From positions 97,705 to 161,704 of IMG/VR virus record IMGVR_UViG_3300020394_000003: a DNA stretch of 64,000 nt; one strand, given 5' to 3'. The position numbers and the translations under genes are program-made. Below the pieces are notes generated by a model. The model was not told the origin of the DNA, ran no database searches, and worked only from the letters and a program-made list of their open reading frames with translations. Below, in pieces: positions 10,026 through 19,909 of the stretch; positions within the stretch are counted from its first letter, which is position 1, and each line of letters begins with the position of its first letter. This DNA is from a virus.

Positions 10026-10111
10026 GAAACATTTGGACTAGTAAGTGGCTTCTGCAGCCTGTTCGACGCTGCTGCAAGGGCTCCATATTCACGCGGGTGG
10101 TGCCCGCATAG
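10022..10111 (+). CDS. 29-aa Cys-Cys peptide (MRNIWTSKWLLQPVRRCCKGSIFTRVVPA), not in the ORF track
   Basis: GGAGA RBS at 10011, ATGA overlap with the previous stop, fills the gap before the protease gene. Confidence 0.55.
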   Translation: MRNIWTSKWLLQPVRRCCKGSIFTRVVPA

Positions 10112-10121
10112 GTTATAGGTT

Positions 10122-10721
10122 ATGAAAAAGGTACTTTTAAGAGAATATTACGAACTTTGTGAGGGTGGTGTCTGCCAAGATCTCCTCACAGAGGAAGAAA
10201 AAAGATTTGTTGCAGACGGAGGTATGATCCTGTCTGGCGTAATGCAGCGCGCTGACGCACAGAACGGTAATGGAAGAGTGTACCCACAAAAAGTTTTGAT
10301 GAGAGAAGTTGAAAACTATGGAAAGTTAGTTAAAGAACGCCGTGCCCTAGGCGAACTCGACCACCCAGAGGACTCAGTTATTAATCTCAAAAACGCATCT
10401 CACCTTGTAACTGATATTTGGTGGGATAACAAAGATGTCATGGGCAAAGTAAAGGTATTAAATACGCCCTCTGGTAAAGTGTTGCAAGAGTTGGTAAACA
10501 GCGGCGTCAAGCTTGGAATATCTTCTCGCGGCTTGGGTTCCGTACACGAATCCACGGGCGGCACTATCGTGGAAGACGACTTCCAGCTAATTTGTTTCGA
10601 TTTTGTGTCAGAACCATCTACTGTTGGAGCATTTATGATGAAAGAGCATAAGGAGCCCAACGTTTTTACAAAAGCAGATAAAGTTAACCGCATCTTAAAT
10701 GATATTTTGAGTGAAAAATGA
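10122..10721 (+). CDS. Prohead protease (T4 gp21-like)
   Basis: NGNGRVYP, ALGELDHP, GISSRGLGS (catalytic His/Ser motifs), FDFVSEPS. Confidence 0.95.
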   Translation: MKKVLLREYYELCEGGVCQDLLTEEEKRFVADGGMILSGVMQRADAQNGNGRVYPQKVLMREVENYGKLVKERRALGELDHPEDSVINLKNASHLVTDIWWDNKDVMGKVKVLNTPSGKVLQELVNSGVKLGISSRGLGSVHESTGGTIVEDDFQLICFDFVSEPSTVGAFMMKEHKEPNVFTKADKVNRILNDILSEK

Positions 10722-11161
10722 ATAAGAAAGAATTGAAAGCAGCCCTGAAGCCATTAATCAAAGAGTGCATCAAGGAGGTGATGTTTGAAGAAGGCGTGTT
10801 ATCCTCGGTCATCCAAGAAGTTGTCAAGGGAACGTCTGCACAAATGGTAACAGAGGTAGAGAGGAAGGTGGCACCTGCACGGACTCAAAAAGAACGAGTC
10901 CGTACAGGTCGCCCCGATCCGGCTCAAGCACTACAAGAAAGAAAAAGTAAATTATTAAATGCTATTGGGGCTGACGCATTCAATGGCATCGATATTTTTG
11001 AGGGTACAACCCCGGCCTCGCAGGGGAGAACAGTGGGTGAAGGAAAACACATGCCGGATGTACTAGGCGATGATCCAACTGATGCGGGGGTTGATATCAG
11101 CAATCTTTTCGCTTCATCAGGACACTCATGGGATATCCTTGCTAGAGGAAATAAAAAATAA
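10718..11161 (+). CDS. Hypothetical head-associated protein
   Basis: MNKKELKAALKPLIKECIKE N-terminus resembles the tagged-protein family; coupled to the protease gene. Confidence 0.65.
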   Translation: MNKKELKAALKPLIKECIKEVMFEEGVLSSVIQEVVKGTSAQMVTEVERKVAPARTQKERVRTGRPDPAQALQERKSKLLNAIGADAFNGIDIFEGTTPASQGRTVGEGKHMPDVLGDDPTDAGVDISNLFASSGHSWDILARGNKK

Positions 11162-11397
11162 TGGCAGTTAATGTTTCAGTTAAAGCTCGTAGAAATGAGC
11201 ACTCCGATAGGTTAATCCGTCGGTTTATTAAAAAGTGTAAGAAAGAAAAGGTTGTTGAGAAGTATCGTGAGCGCACTGATTTTTACCAAAAGCCTTCTGT
11301 TAAAAGAAGAAATAAAAAAAGACGAGCCGAGCGCATGCGAGAGATCGAACGATTAAAGCGTGAAAAATATACACAACGCGCTAAATACAGAAAGTAA
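11161..11397 (+). CDS. rpsU: Phage-encoded ribosomal protein bS21
   Basis: V.V...E..D.LIRRF.KK...E......R....FYQKPSVKRR pattern typical of bS21; 78 aa, very basic. Confidence 0.85.
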   Translation: MAVNVSVKARRNEHSDRLIRRFIKKCKKEKVVEKYRERTDFYQKPSVKRRNKKRRAERMREIERLKREKYTQRAKYRK

Positions 11398-11431
11398 ATG
11401 TTTGAAGAGTTGGATATCTTCTCAATCGCAT

Positions 11432-11439
11432 ACTATTTA
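11432..11439 (+). promoter_or_regulatory. Putative late promoter ACTATTTA
   Basis: Intergenic, about 35 nt before ATG 11475. Confidence 0.65.
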
Positions 11440-11474
11440 CAAAAAGCACATATTGCAATTTAGGAGATTAAATA

Positions 11475-11867
11475 ATGTCAATCAAACAGCCCTATTCAAC
11501 TAGCATACGAAACGTTGGCTCGTATCAGTCCTCTGGCCGGCCATGGTGCCAAGGGAATATTAACGCGAGTACCGTCCAGCAAGTCGATTTTCCATTTGTA
11601 ACACGATGGATTTGTATCATCAACAATCACGCCACACAAGATCTTAAAGTAGGATTTTCGTCCGCCGGCGTAGCTGGATCAAATTATTTTACTGTTCCCG
11701 CCGCTGGCACCACCACCACACCCGGACCCGCATCTTCAATTAGACTAGAACTCAAATGTGCGTCCATTTACCTATTAGGCTCTGGTGAAGTCGATGTTGT
11801 TGCGGGATTGACAAATATTCCAAGAGATCAAATGCCTTCCTTAGCGGGCGCAGACGGTATCGGCTAA
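11475..11867 (+). CDS. Putative virion structural/decoration protein
   Basis: Beta-rich 130 aa; late motif at 11432; AGGAG RBS. Confidence 0.55.
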   Translation: MSIKQPYSTSIRNVGSYQSSGRPWCQGNINASTVQQVDFPFVTRWICIINNHATQDLKVGFSSAGVAGSNYFTVPAAGTTTTPGPASSIRLELKCASIYLLGSGEVDVVAGLTNIPRDQMPSLAGADGIG

Positions 11868-11881
11868 TAGGAGTTCAATAA

Positions 11882-12736
11882 ATGAGTTTCGGATGGGCAT
11901 ACATCAACTGCGAAGATATCGCCATTACAAATATGAGCGGACCTACGGGTTCGATTTTAGTTCGTTCTGATACGTTTGAGGTTTCTGGTACACAGAACTT
12001 CATGCTATATCATGAGCCTAGTACCGGAGGCCCACGGCATAATTTGTCTCTAACGGGCTCGTTTAGACAGCTAGGAGATTATAACGTCACAGGAGCAGTG
12101 TCGGTTACAGGTTCTGTAAATGTACTAGGTCCTGTAAAAATGTGGTCTGATTTGGTTGTAGAGGGCAACGTTGTCGCCAATACCTTCGATGTTGTGCACA
12201 CAACTTTGACCGAAGTACAGTCTTCTGGTAGCACACGTTTCGGCAATGATACTAATGATACCCATGTGATCACAGGTAGGACCACATTTGCTGGCGCCGG
12301 CGCTGACCCTTACCCTGCTATGGTTGTTACTGCATCAGCCGCAGCACCCGGCTCCGGTAATACATCTTATATTGGTTTAAGAACAAAGCGCCCTCCTACA
12401 ACTCTAGCCGTTAGTGGGAGCTTTTCAAAGCAATATGATCCGCACTATATTGGCACAACTACAATTAATTTAACAAACAATATTACAGGTTCAATTATTG
12501 GCGTTAAGAATGGCGGAGCAGTTAACATTACGCTACCTACAGCCCATGCTACACCCGGTAGAATTTTAATTATTAAAGACGAATCCCTAACCCAACCAAG
12601 AACTAGCGGTAACAAGATAACAGTTTCTTGTCAGTCTGGTGAACAAATTGATGATCAAAACGAATATTACATAATGGGTTCACGCGCTGCCCTGACTCTG
12701 TATGCAGACGGAGTAAATCAGTGGTTTATCTTCTAA
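11882..12736 (+). CDS. Fibre/decoration protein with shared C-terminal ITLP...KDE...IDD domain
   Basis: Thr/Gly/Ser-rich beta repeats; C-terminal domain paralogous to ORFs 16902 and 18181. Confidence 0.65.
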   Translation: MSFGWAYINCEDIAITNMSGPTGSILVRSDTFEVSGTQNFMLYHEPSTGGPRHNLSLTGSFRQLGDYNVTGAVSVTGSVNVLGPVKMWSDLVVEGNVVANTFDVVHTTLTEVQSSGSTRFGNDTNDTHVITGRTTFAGAGADPYPAMVVTASAAAPGSGNTSYIGLRTKRPPTTLAVSGSFSKQYDPHYIGTTTINLTNNITGSIIGVKNGGAVNITLPTAHATPGRILIIKDESLTQPRTSGNKITVSCQSGEQIDDQNEYYIMGSRAALTLYADGVNQWFIF

Positions 12737-12762
12737 GTCATGATTTCAGGAGGGCTGCATAA

Positions 12763-15700
12763 GTGGGATACAACGTTCTATCAGGTTCGATTACACTCGG
12801 CAATTCCGGCTCAATCGAGATCACCGGATCGTTTTATGGATCATTAGAGGGCCGAGTAACAGCGAACAGTACGATTCCTCACGGTACTGTTTATTCAATC
12901 ACCAATGCTGATACTGATCGGCTAATAACGGCGAATAACGGAACCGGAAACGCGTTTAACGCGGAAGAGGCCCTGACATTTAGCTCGGCAGATCGAAAGC
13001 TTACAGTTAGAGGCCTTGACGGTCAGGCGACTACAACTGTTGAAATTACTGGTGCAACAGAAAATAAACTTTTTCATGTAAGAAGCCCCACAAATCAAAA
13101 TTTAATTTTTGCTACTGGATCTGGCCTCGTAGGGTTTGGTACTAATGCCCCTGAATATTTGGTCACAATCTCAGCGTCCACTAATCCGCTTGCATTGCAC
13201 GGCCTTCAGACGGTAGAACTTGCTAATACTTCTAGCTACCTTGCTGTAGAACCCTCCACAGGAAGATTGGTTTTAACTAGCTCGGCTCAAGGCAGCGGCG
13301 GCGGTGGCGCCGGCGGAACTATAGGTAGTGCCGAAGACGGTGATTATACAGACGGACTGTATACTGATTTTACAACATCTACTGCAATTGGTACAGCGGT
13401 TGATAGATTTAATGAAGTTTTAAAAATTCTAGCACCATCACCGGCCCCAGCGCTATCGGCAATTAATGAAAATGTGACTGATGGTGTTACTGCCAAATTA
13501 TCTTTTGGTGCTTCTGGCCCTATCTCAACATTCTCATCGGTAGGAACCGCCGCGGGCTTTAGCGCTGTTGACCGTGCTGCTTCATATGCTGCTGGAACTA
13601 GTGGTGCTAATATAAGATTAGGGGTTTACGACGGTACGACTGACATTTCAGGACTGCTAAATCCTGATGTTGCACAGAGTATCACAAACGGACACATTGC
13701 ATTTTCTAATGACGCATTTGGTAATGCAAACGAAGGCACGTTAAAATTAGAGGTCAACGGGGCTACGCTGCACACAGCATCTTTAGCGGCTCTAACGGGC
13801 AGAGGCAACCCAGCTTCAGGAGCGGATGATAACTTATCGACAGACTCTGGATTCACGGATGTTTCTGTTGCAGCATCTAGTTTTGACGGCAATGGTTCTG
13901 AGTGGTATATTTTTAAGCACAGGACAGCAGCGTATAAGGTCGATGCCAACGACATGAGAAATGGCTGGAACTACGCCCGTGTAATTCACACCGTTGGCGG
14001 CGTAGACCGCATAACTAACTTTGTCGAATGGGTCGTCGACCCATCAGGATCGTCTAACAACCTAGCAGCGAGCAATGCTAGAATTGAGAATATATCTACA
14101 GCCGGATCAAAGTATTTATCTGGTGTTCAATACAATACAAGCGCCCAAGCTAGCTATAAAGTAGACGTTGAGAACTACTATCAAAATGTATACCCAGCCT
14201 CGGGAACACCTATATCATTTGGAGTAACGAATGTCGCGACTCCATCTGCACAGGCTGCACCAGATATCGCAAGCGATGAAGATTTTAGTAAACTTTTACG
14301 AGTCACTGGTAGTTTGGTCCTGAACGTTGATAATCTTCTAAGCGGAGCGATCACTGCAAATATAACTGCCACACACCCTCTTAAAAACACTCTTAGCAAC
14401 GCCGGCGCAGCGACAACAGGTAATGGCTTCTTAATTGATAACAGGACGTTAGCCAGCACGAACTTAATTGAAAGATTTCACGATGAATCTTACAGAAAAC
14501 AGTCCGGTAGTTATGACAGCCAAGCCTTAGCATCAGGAAATGCTACTGACTGGACTTCAAGTAATCACATGGTTGCAACAGGATCGGCAGGGCATACCGA
14601 TGGGTTGCTCATGTACAACCAGCAATTACGTAGCCCCAGTGCATCAGACCTTCCTAATGCTGGAAACTTTAGTAAACTTATAAATGTTAATGCTGGCCAA
14701 CCAGATTATTCATCTGTATCGGGCAAGCGCACTTTTTACCGTAAGTTTCAAAACACAAGCGGTGCCACCATCCGCGATATAAAAATTACTTCTGATAAAG
14801 CTAGTGCACAAATCATCAGCACTCATGATGCCCTAACGCATAACAAAATTAAAGTATTTACTAAAATTCCTGAAACTACGGGCTGGATGGACATCTCACA
14901 AAATTTTGTGTATGGTAGCACGTCGGACGATGCAGGTGCCCTTATTGATGGCGCTACTGACAACGCTAACCTTGCCAACACAAACGATAGCATTCATTGT
15001 ATTACATTTGGAACAGTTGGCGTAGCTAATAATGACTATGTGATGGTAAAGGTCGAAGCTGACGCAAGCTGGGTAGGTGCATATAACACGTTAAATTTAC
15101 AATTAGGAGCCTCAGATGTGTCAGCACCAACAGAGGCTCCGCAGCTGGATGATATCGAAACGGACGCTTCTGGTGTTTCTGATGCAAAGTTATCATTTGG
15201 AGCCGCAAACGCGATTGACGACTACACACCCGCTACAGGCTCCGCGTTAGGATTATCAGACTTTAATTCGAATGTAAACTATCCAGAAAGTGGCGACCGT
15301 CTTGGCGTATTCAGCTCTAAATCTAATATTGTTGGAGACCTTAACGACGACATTGGAAGCAACGGTCAAAATTACCCAGCGGATTCATTTAAGGACGCCT
15401 ACACTGGTACTCTAGAGTTGCATGTTAACGGTCGCAAGGTTCATGAGATTAATTTAGCATCCACCCTTAATGCGATCACAAATGATTTTAACGGCAACAA
15501 CTCTGGATTTAGTGTTTCGGCTGTAGCGTTTAGCAAAACAACAGATCTGATCCCTGACTATACAAAACCATACAGAACAGGTACATTTCAAATTGGCGCA
15601 GCCGATCAGGATTTAGGATTTAACACCGCTAGGGTCGTGCATAAGCGCTCGGGTCTAAGCGATGTTAATACAAACTATATCGAGTGGGTTGTCGATACTG

Positions 15701-16902
15701 ATGCTAATGCTCTAGCGGCTTCTGATGTTGTTTTAAATAACTTTAGTCATGCAGACATATATTATCAATCGGGAGTCCGATACTTTGCGGCGCAACCAAG
15801 CGCTTCATTTGCTTACAGGGCCTCTAACGTTTACAGAAACGTATATCAAAATGGCACCGCTGTTTCTTACCCAATAACTACAAATTGTTTTGTAAATAAT
15901 GTTCAAATTGTCGGCACTGGCGTGAATTCTTTAAGCGCCGACGCCGCTAGTGTTTCACTCCCTGCATTGAACAACGGAGCATTTTGTGAAGCTGCCGATA
16001 TTCATGTTACAGGCAATGTCGTGCTTGACAATACCACATCTATTAAGGGCGGACTAGGCCTGTTTACAGATATCGATGCTTCAGTAAACTCACAAATTTT
16101 GCATCCGCTCAAATCAAATTTAGTATCTAGCACACTAAGCAAAACTGACTTCATGCATTACTCTGGCACAATTGGCAGTACCACATTGGCAGCACAGGAA
16201 TACTTTGGTCTAGAAACTTATAGACTACAGTCGTCAAGCTACAACAACCAGACAAATGTGACTGATACAAACTTAAGTTGGGATTCGCAAATTTCAGTTA
16301 ATGACGCGGGATCTTACGCTAACTATGCAGACGGCCTTGTGACTGCAAACGGGTATGTTATTTCCCCGTTGCAAATTGGTAATTCTGGAGATACCAGAAA
16401 CTCCGCAGAAGGGGGGTCGCTTCAGGCTCCAAACGGAAGTCCAAACTACTCAACACTCACTAACTCAACTAGAACATACTACAGATACTTTAGAAACACT
16501 ACTGGTCTTGCAAAAGCTACATTTACAATTACATTATACGGAGATGCATATTTATGTGCTAAATCAGGCGCATTTTATACTGGCGCCCTAGGAGCGAATA
16601 AGAATATCAATGTTGAATTAAGAGTTCCGTTTGACTCCGGGTTTACGGGCCCCGACGATACTTCAACAGATTGGGCTGATTGTATTAAACCATATGCTGC
16701 GGGAACACAACCAACCGAAGATGGTGTAGGTGTCTTTAATGGCGGCGGCTCGGATTTGACTCAAACAGTCCCCACCGGCGGCCGCAACATACCAATTCAA
16801 TTACAAGCCAGACAAATAAGAAACAATCAGTATTTTGTTTTGAAGATCACTGCACACAAGGATTGGACTGGATACTTATCTAGGATCGGGATCACTTACT
16901 AA
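12763..16902 (+). CDS. Large virion structural protein (1379 aa) with an internal ~560-aa duplication
   Basis: Ser/Thr/Gly/Asn-rich; two homologous halves (AKLSFGA, GTL.L.VNG, ARV.H, EWVVD, RT.YR.F.NT.G); GTG start after AGGAGG. Confidence 0.75.
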   Translation: MGYNVLSGSITLGNSGSIEITGSFYGSLEGRVTANSTIPHGTVYSITNADTDRLITANNGTGNAFNAEEALTFSSADRKLTVRGLDGQATTTVEITGATENKLFHVRSPTNQNLIFATGSGLVGFGTNAPEYLVTISASTNPLALHGLQTVELANTSSYLAVEPSTGRLVLTSSAQGSGGGGAGGTIGSAEDGDYTDGLYTDFTTSTAIGTAVDRFNEVLKILAPSPAPALSAINENVTDGVTAKLSFGASGPISTFSSVGTAAGFSAVDRAASYAAGTSGANIRLGVYDGTTDISGLLNPDVAQSITNGHIAFSNDAFGNANEGTLKLEVNGATLHTASLAALTGRGNPASGADDNLSTDSGFTDVSVAASSFDGNGSEWYIFKHRTAAYKVDANDMRNGWNYARVIHTVGGVDRITNFVEWVVDPSGSSNNLAASNARIENISTAGSKYLSGVQYNTSAQASYKVDVENYYQNVYPASGTPISFGVTNVATPSAQAAPDIASDEDFSKLLRVTGSLVLNVDNLLSGAITANITATHPLKNTLSNAGAATTGNGFLIDNRTLASTNLIERFHDESYRKQSGSYDSQALASGNATDWTSSNHMVATGSAGHTDGLLMYNQQLRSPSASDLPNAGNFSKLINVNAGQPDYSSVSGKRTFYRKFQNTSGATIRDIKITSDKASAQIISTHDALTHNKIKVFTKIPETTGWMDISQNFVYGSTSDDAGALIDGATDNANLANTNDSIHCITFGTVGVANNDYVMVKVEADASWVGAYNTLNLQLGASDVSAPTEAPQLDDIETDASGVSDAKLSFGAANAIDDYTPATGSALGLSDFNSNVNYPESGDRLGVFSSKSNIVGDLNDDIGSNGQNYPADSFKDAYTGTLELHVNGRKVHEINLASTLNAITNDFNGNNSGFSVSAVAFSKTTDLIPDYTKPYRTGTFQIGAADQDLGFNTARVVHKRSGLSDVNTNYIEWVVDTDANALAASDVVLNNFSHADIYYQSGVRYFAAQPSASFAYRASNVYRNVYQNGTAVSYPITTNCFVNNVQIVGTGVNSLSADAASVSLPALNNGAFCEAADIHVTGNVVLDNTTSIKGGLGLFTDIDASVNSQILHPLKSNLVSSTLSKTDFMHYSGTIGSTTLAAQEYFGLETYRLQSSSYNNQTNVTDTNLSWDSQISVNDAGSYANYADGLVTANGYVISPLQIGNSGDTRNSAEGGSLQAPNGSPNYSTLTNSTRTYYRYFRNTTGLAKATFTITLYGDAYLCAKSGAFYTGALGANKNINVELRVPFDSGFTGPDDTSTDWADCIKPYAAGTQPTEDGVGVFNGGGSDLTQTVPTGGRNIPIQLQARQIRNNQYFVLKITAHKDWTGYLSRIGITY

Positions 16903-18002
16903 TGAGCACTGGAAAGACCAATATAACCTCGACCCAGTTTGCAGCCAAGAAGCTTCTTGGTAAGGCGCATACCTCTAATTTAAAATCAGATGTTAATGAA
17001 TCAGTACCCTCTAACGTATCGATGCCCTTTGAATCAATCTTTGGAGAGTCAATTCCTAATGACCCGGGCACTGATTTTTACACTGTTTATGGAACCCCGG
17101 GAACTGTTGAGCAAGTATACTTTGATGTGGTATCCATCAGCGATACCATTTATGACGCCGATGACACCGGCGGTGGTGGCGACGAATCCTCTACCTCCGG
17201 TCCCCACGGCTACTACCTGAAGCTACCAGCAGCTTATGAGACGACATCTTCTAATCCTAGTAGAGGAACTGGCGAGTTTACAAATGGCAAACGAGTATAC
17301 GATTCTCGCGGTGGCTTACAATTGGTTCCACCCTTAGTTTCAAACGCTAGCCCAAACAGATACTTCTTAAAGCTATACAAGGGAGATCCAACAGATCCAG
17401 CGAATGAAATTACTTCTGGAGATAGCGTCGACTGGCAGGTTGATTATTACTCAGGGATCATCTTTATTCAAGATTATAACTCCGCACGCGTCCCAGTAAC
17501 AGCATCAGCATATCTATATGTGGGTAAATATCTAGATGAAAGAATTGTACAAATTTCAGGTTCTGGCGGCGGCGGCTCCGGCGCCGGAATATTTACAGAA
17601 ATTGATAATAACGAAGCTTTTGTTACTAGTAGTTTGACAATTGGGGCAAATACTAATCCAACTCATACGTTAACATTAGTTGGAAACTCCCACTTATCTG
17701 GTGGAATATCTCACAAGCGCCACCACACAACAGAGAATTACACTGTGACACTATCGGATTATTATATTGGCGTAGATACAAATTCAAGTCAGGTTACTTT
17801 GACGTTGCCATCCGCTGGATCTACAACTAGCGGTCAGACATTCGTCGTAAAGGACGAGGGCGGAAACGCAGGTACTAATAATATTACAGTTCATATTGCT
17901 GGTAGTGACACCATCGACGGAGGACACTCAGTAGTGCTAGAATCAGCATATGCTGCAGTGTCGATATATAGCAATGGTCTTTCGGGCTATTTTGTTTATT
18001 GA
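16902..18002 (+). CDS. Virion structural protein with shared C-terminal fibre domain
   Basis: Gly linker followed by LTLPSA...GQTFVVKDEGG...ITV...DTIDG domain. Confidence 0.65.
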   Translation: MSTGKTNITSTQFAAKKLLGKAHTSNLKSDVNESVPSNVSMPFESIFGESIPNDPGTDFYTVYGTPGTVEQVYFDVVSISDTIYDADDTGGGGDESSTSGPHGYYLKLPAAYETTSSNPSRGTGEFTNGKRVYDSRGGLQLVPPLVSNASPNRYFLKLYKGDPTDPANEITSGDSVDWQVDYYSGIIFIQDYNSARVPVTASAYLYVGKYLDERIVQISGSGGGGSGAGIFTEIDNNEAFVTSSLTIGANTNPTHTLTLVGNSHLSGGISHKRHHTTENYTVTLSDYYIGVDTNSSQVTLTLPSAGSTTSGQTFVVKDEGGNAGTNNITVHIAGSDTIDGGHSVVLESAYAAVSIYSNGLSGYFVY

Positions 18003-18086
18003 TAACCACTTCATCTAGCTCTTTTTAAATAAGTCAAGTATTTTAAAATACTTAAAAGAATATACCCTAAAAACGCATAAAAGCAC

Positions 18087-18094
18087 ACTATATA
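18087..18094 (+). promoter_or_regulatory. Putative late promoter variant ACTATATA
   Basis: Intergenic, upstream of ORF 18181. Confidence 0.5.
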
Positions 18095-18180
18095 GAGTGC
18101 ACGCTTCAGAAACATTAGCCCTGCTATATGCGGAAGGGCGTGCTAAAGCAATTTTAAATACATTTTGGAGGGTATAAATA

Positions 18181-19776
18181 ATGGCTTATAAATTTCAATT
18201 AGGAAGCTTTACAGCTTCGGGCTCCATTAAGGTTGAGGATACGCTTGACGCGGCTTCAACTTTGCAAATTGGTGGAGTTGGGGTCACAGCAACCGCAGCT
18301 GAGATTAACCTCATTGATGGTGGTACCGCTCGCGGAACCACTGCTGTAGCATCCGGCGACGGATTCTTACACAATGATGCTGGAACCATGAGAATGACTA
18401 GTGTCGATAAGATGGCGGATCTTTTCGCTGGAAACGCGCTATCAGCCTCTTCTGGTGTTCTCAGTGTTAAAGCTGATGACGCATCTTTGGAGATCAACTC
18501 TGACGCACTTAGAGTTAAAGAAGGTGGTGTTACCAACGCAATGCTTGCTGGCTCTATTGCCAACGCTAAGCTTAGCAACAGTGCTATCACACTAAACCCC
18601 GGTGCAGGATTAGGTGCATTGGGTTCTGTTTCACTCGGTGGTTCTATCAGTATTGCTGTTGACGGCGTTCTTGAGGACCTTGACACCCTTGGTGCTCCAA
18701 GCGCTGATGGTGAATTCCTTGTTGCTACAGGTGCTGGCGCTTTCGCTTACGAAAGTGGTGCAACTGCTCGTACTAGCATTGGTCTTGGTACCGGTGATAA
18801 CGCTCAGTTCAACGCCGTCATCATTGCTGATGACGCAGCATTTGGTGCAGTTGGTGATACCGACATGTTAACCATGGACGCTGGTAGTGACATCACAGTT
18901 GCTGCCGATCTCGACTTTGTTATCGGAAAAGCAGGTGGTCTTACTCTTGCTGACGGTGCTGTCCAGTCAACCGCTGCAGAGCTTAACTTACTCGACGGTG
19001 CAGGTGCCGGTTCTGTTGTCAACAACAAAGCTGTAATCTACAACGGCGGCGGTGTTGTTATCGGTCAGTCTCTCGCGACTGCTGATGATGGCCACCTCGG
19101 TAACCAAACAACCCCACAGATGATTCAGATGAAGGCTACTCGCGTTGAGTTCAACCAAGCTGTTGTGTTCAACGATGACATCTTCGTATCTGGCTCTACA
19201 GTGACAATGGATCAACAGCATCTTGTTATTCAAGATAAGCTTATTGGTCTTGGTTTCGTTTCTGGTTCTGTCACAGATGACAATGTTTCCGCCCCCGGCG
19301 ACCGCGGATTTATCTTCGGTATGCACGGCGAAGACAACGTTGCTATGCACTGGGATGAAGGTTCGTCTAGATTCAAGTTTATCAAAACGGACTCACTTCC
19401 TACCGCTACTACGGTTAACGAAGTTTCCAAGGCTGACCTTGAGGTTGGTGTGCTTCACGCTTCCAGCGTTGTCGCCCCGCTTTCACTCAGCATTGATGCA
19501 CAAGCTCAAGACGCAATTAACCTTTCTTCTGCTGCAGGTAAGGTTGTATACGTCACTGGCACCTTGGCCGCTAGCCGAAGCACTACGCTTCCAGCTGCGC
19601 CAAACGTCGGTGATCAAATTGATGTCAAGCTAGCTGCCACTGGTGGTAACTCACTTACAATCGAAAAGGGTGCCGATGGGCACAACATCGATGGTGGTGA
19701 TTCAATCATCCTTGAGTCAGACTTCGCTGCTGTCAAGCTCGTTTACGTTGCTGCTAACACATGGAGAGTCTTCTAA
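18181..19776 (+). CDS. Fibre-like virion protein with shared C-terminal domain
   Basis: TAAEINLIDG/TAAELNLLDG repeats and VTNAMLAGSIANAKL motif typical of phage fibres; has its own late motif, GGAGG RBS and terminator. Confidence 0.7.
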   Translation: MAYKFQLGSFTASGSIKVEDTLDAASTLQIGGVGVTATAAEINLIDGGTARGTTAVASGDGFLHNDAGTMRMTSVDKMADLFAGNALSASSGVLSVKADDASLEINSDALRVKEGGVTNAMLAGSIANAKLSNSAITLNPGAGLGALGSVSLGGSISIAVDGVLEDLDTLGAPSADGEFLVATGAGAFAYESGATARTSIGLGTGDNAQFNAVIIADDAAFGAVGDTDMLTMDAGSDITVAADLDFVIGKAGGLTLADGAVQSTAAELNLLDGAGAGSVVNNKAVIYNGGGVVIGQSLATADDGHLGNQTTPQMIQMKATRVEFNQAVVFNDDIFVSGSTVTMDQQHLVIQDKLIGLGFVSGSVTDDNVSAPGDRGFIFGMHGEDNVAMHWDEGSSRFKFIKTDSLPTATTVNEVSKADLEVGVLHASSVVAPLSLSIDAQAQDAINLSSAAGKVVYVTGTLAASRSTTLPAAPNVGDQIDVKLAATGGNSLTIEKGADGHNIDGGDSIILESDFAAVKLVYVAANTWRVF

Positions 19777-19809
19777 GATATTATCTTGGAATTCTATTCC
19801 TCAAACTTT

Positions 19810-19838
19810 GGGGGCCCTCTTCGGGGGGCTCCCTTTTT
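19810..19838 (+). terminator. Rho-independent terminator
   Basis: GGGGGCCCTC-TTCG-GGGGGCTCCC-TTTTT stem with UUCG loop and U tract. Confidence 0.8.
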
Positions 19839-19862
19839 GTTTGGAACATTCCCAAACAGTCT

Positions 19863-19870
19863 ACTATTTA
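19863..19870 (+). promoter_or_regulatory. Putative late promoter ACTATTTA
   Basis: Directly after terminator 19810-19838 and before ORF 19910. Confidence 0.7.
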
Positions 19871-19909
19871 TAAAAGACCTCGTAACATGCACAATTGGAA
19901 GGTATTTAA

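Noticed and set aside
10022-10111. An actual selenoprotein in this genome
   Set aside because: Both Cys codons are TGC and there is no in-frame TGA; only the relic hypothesis is kept as a finding
19865-19872. TATTTATA is the reverse complement of the T4 late promoter TATAAATA (also near 25503 and 62405)
   Set aside because: There are no minus-strand genes to drive, and the other motif copies (ACTACTTA, ACTAATTA) do not preserve TATAAATA, so a + strand motif explains the data better
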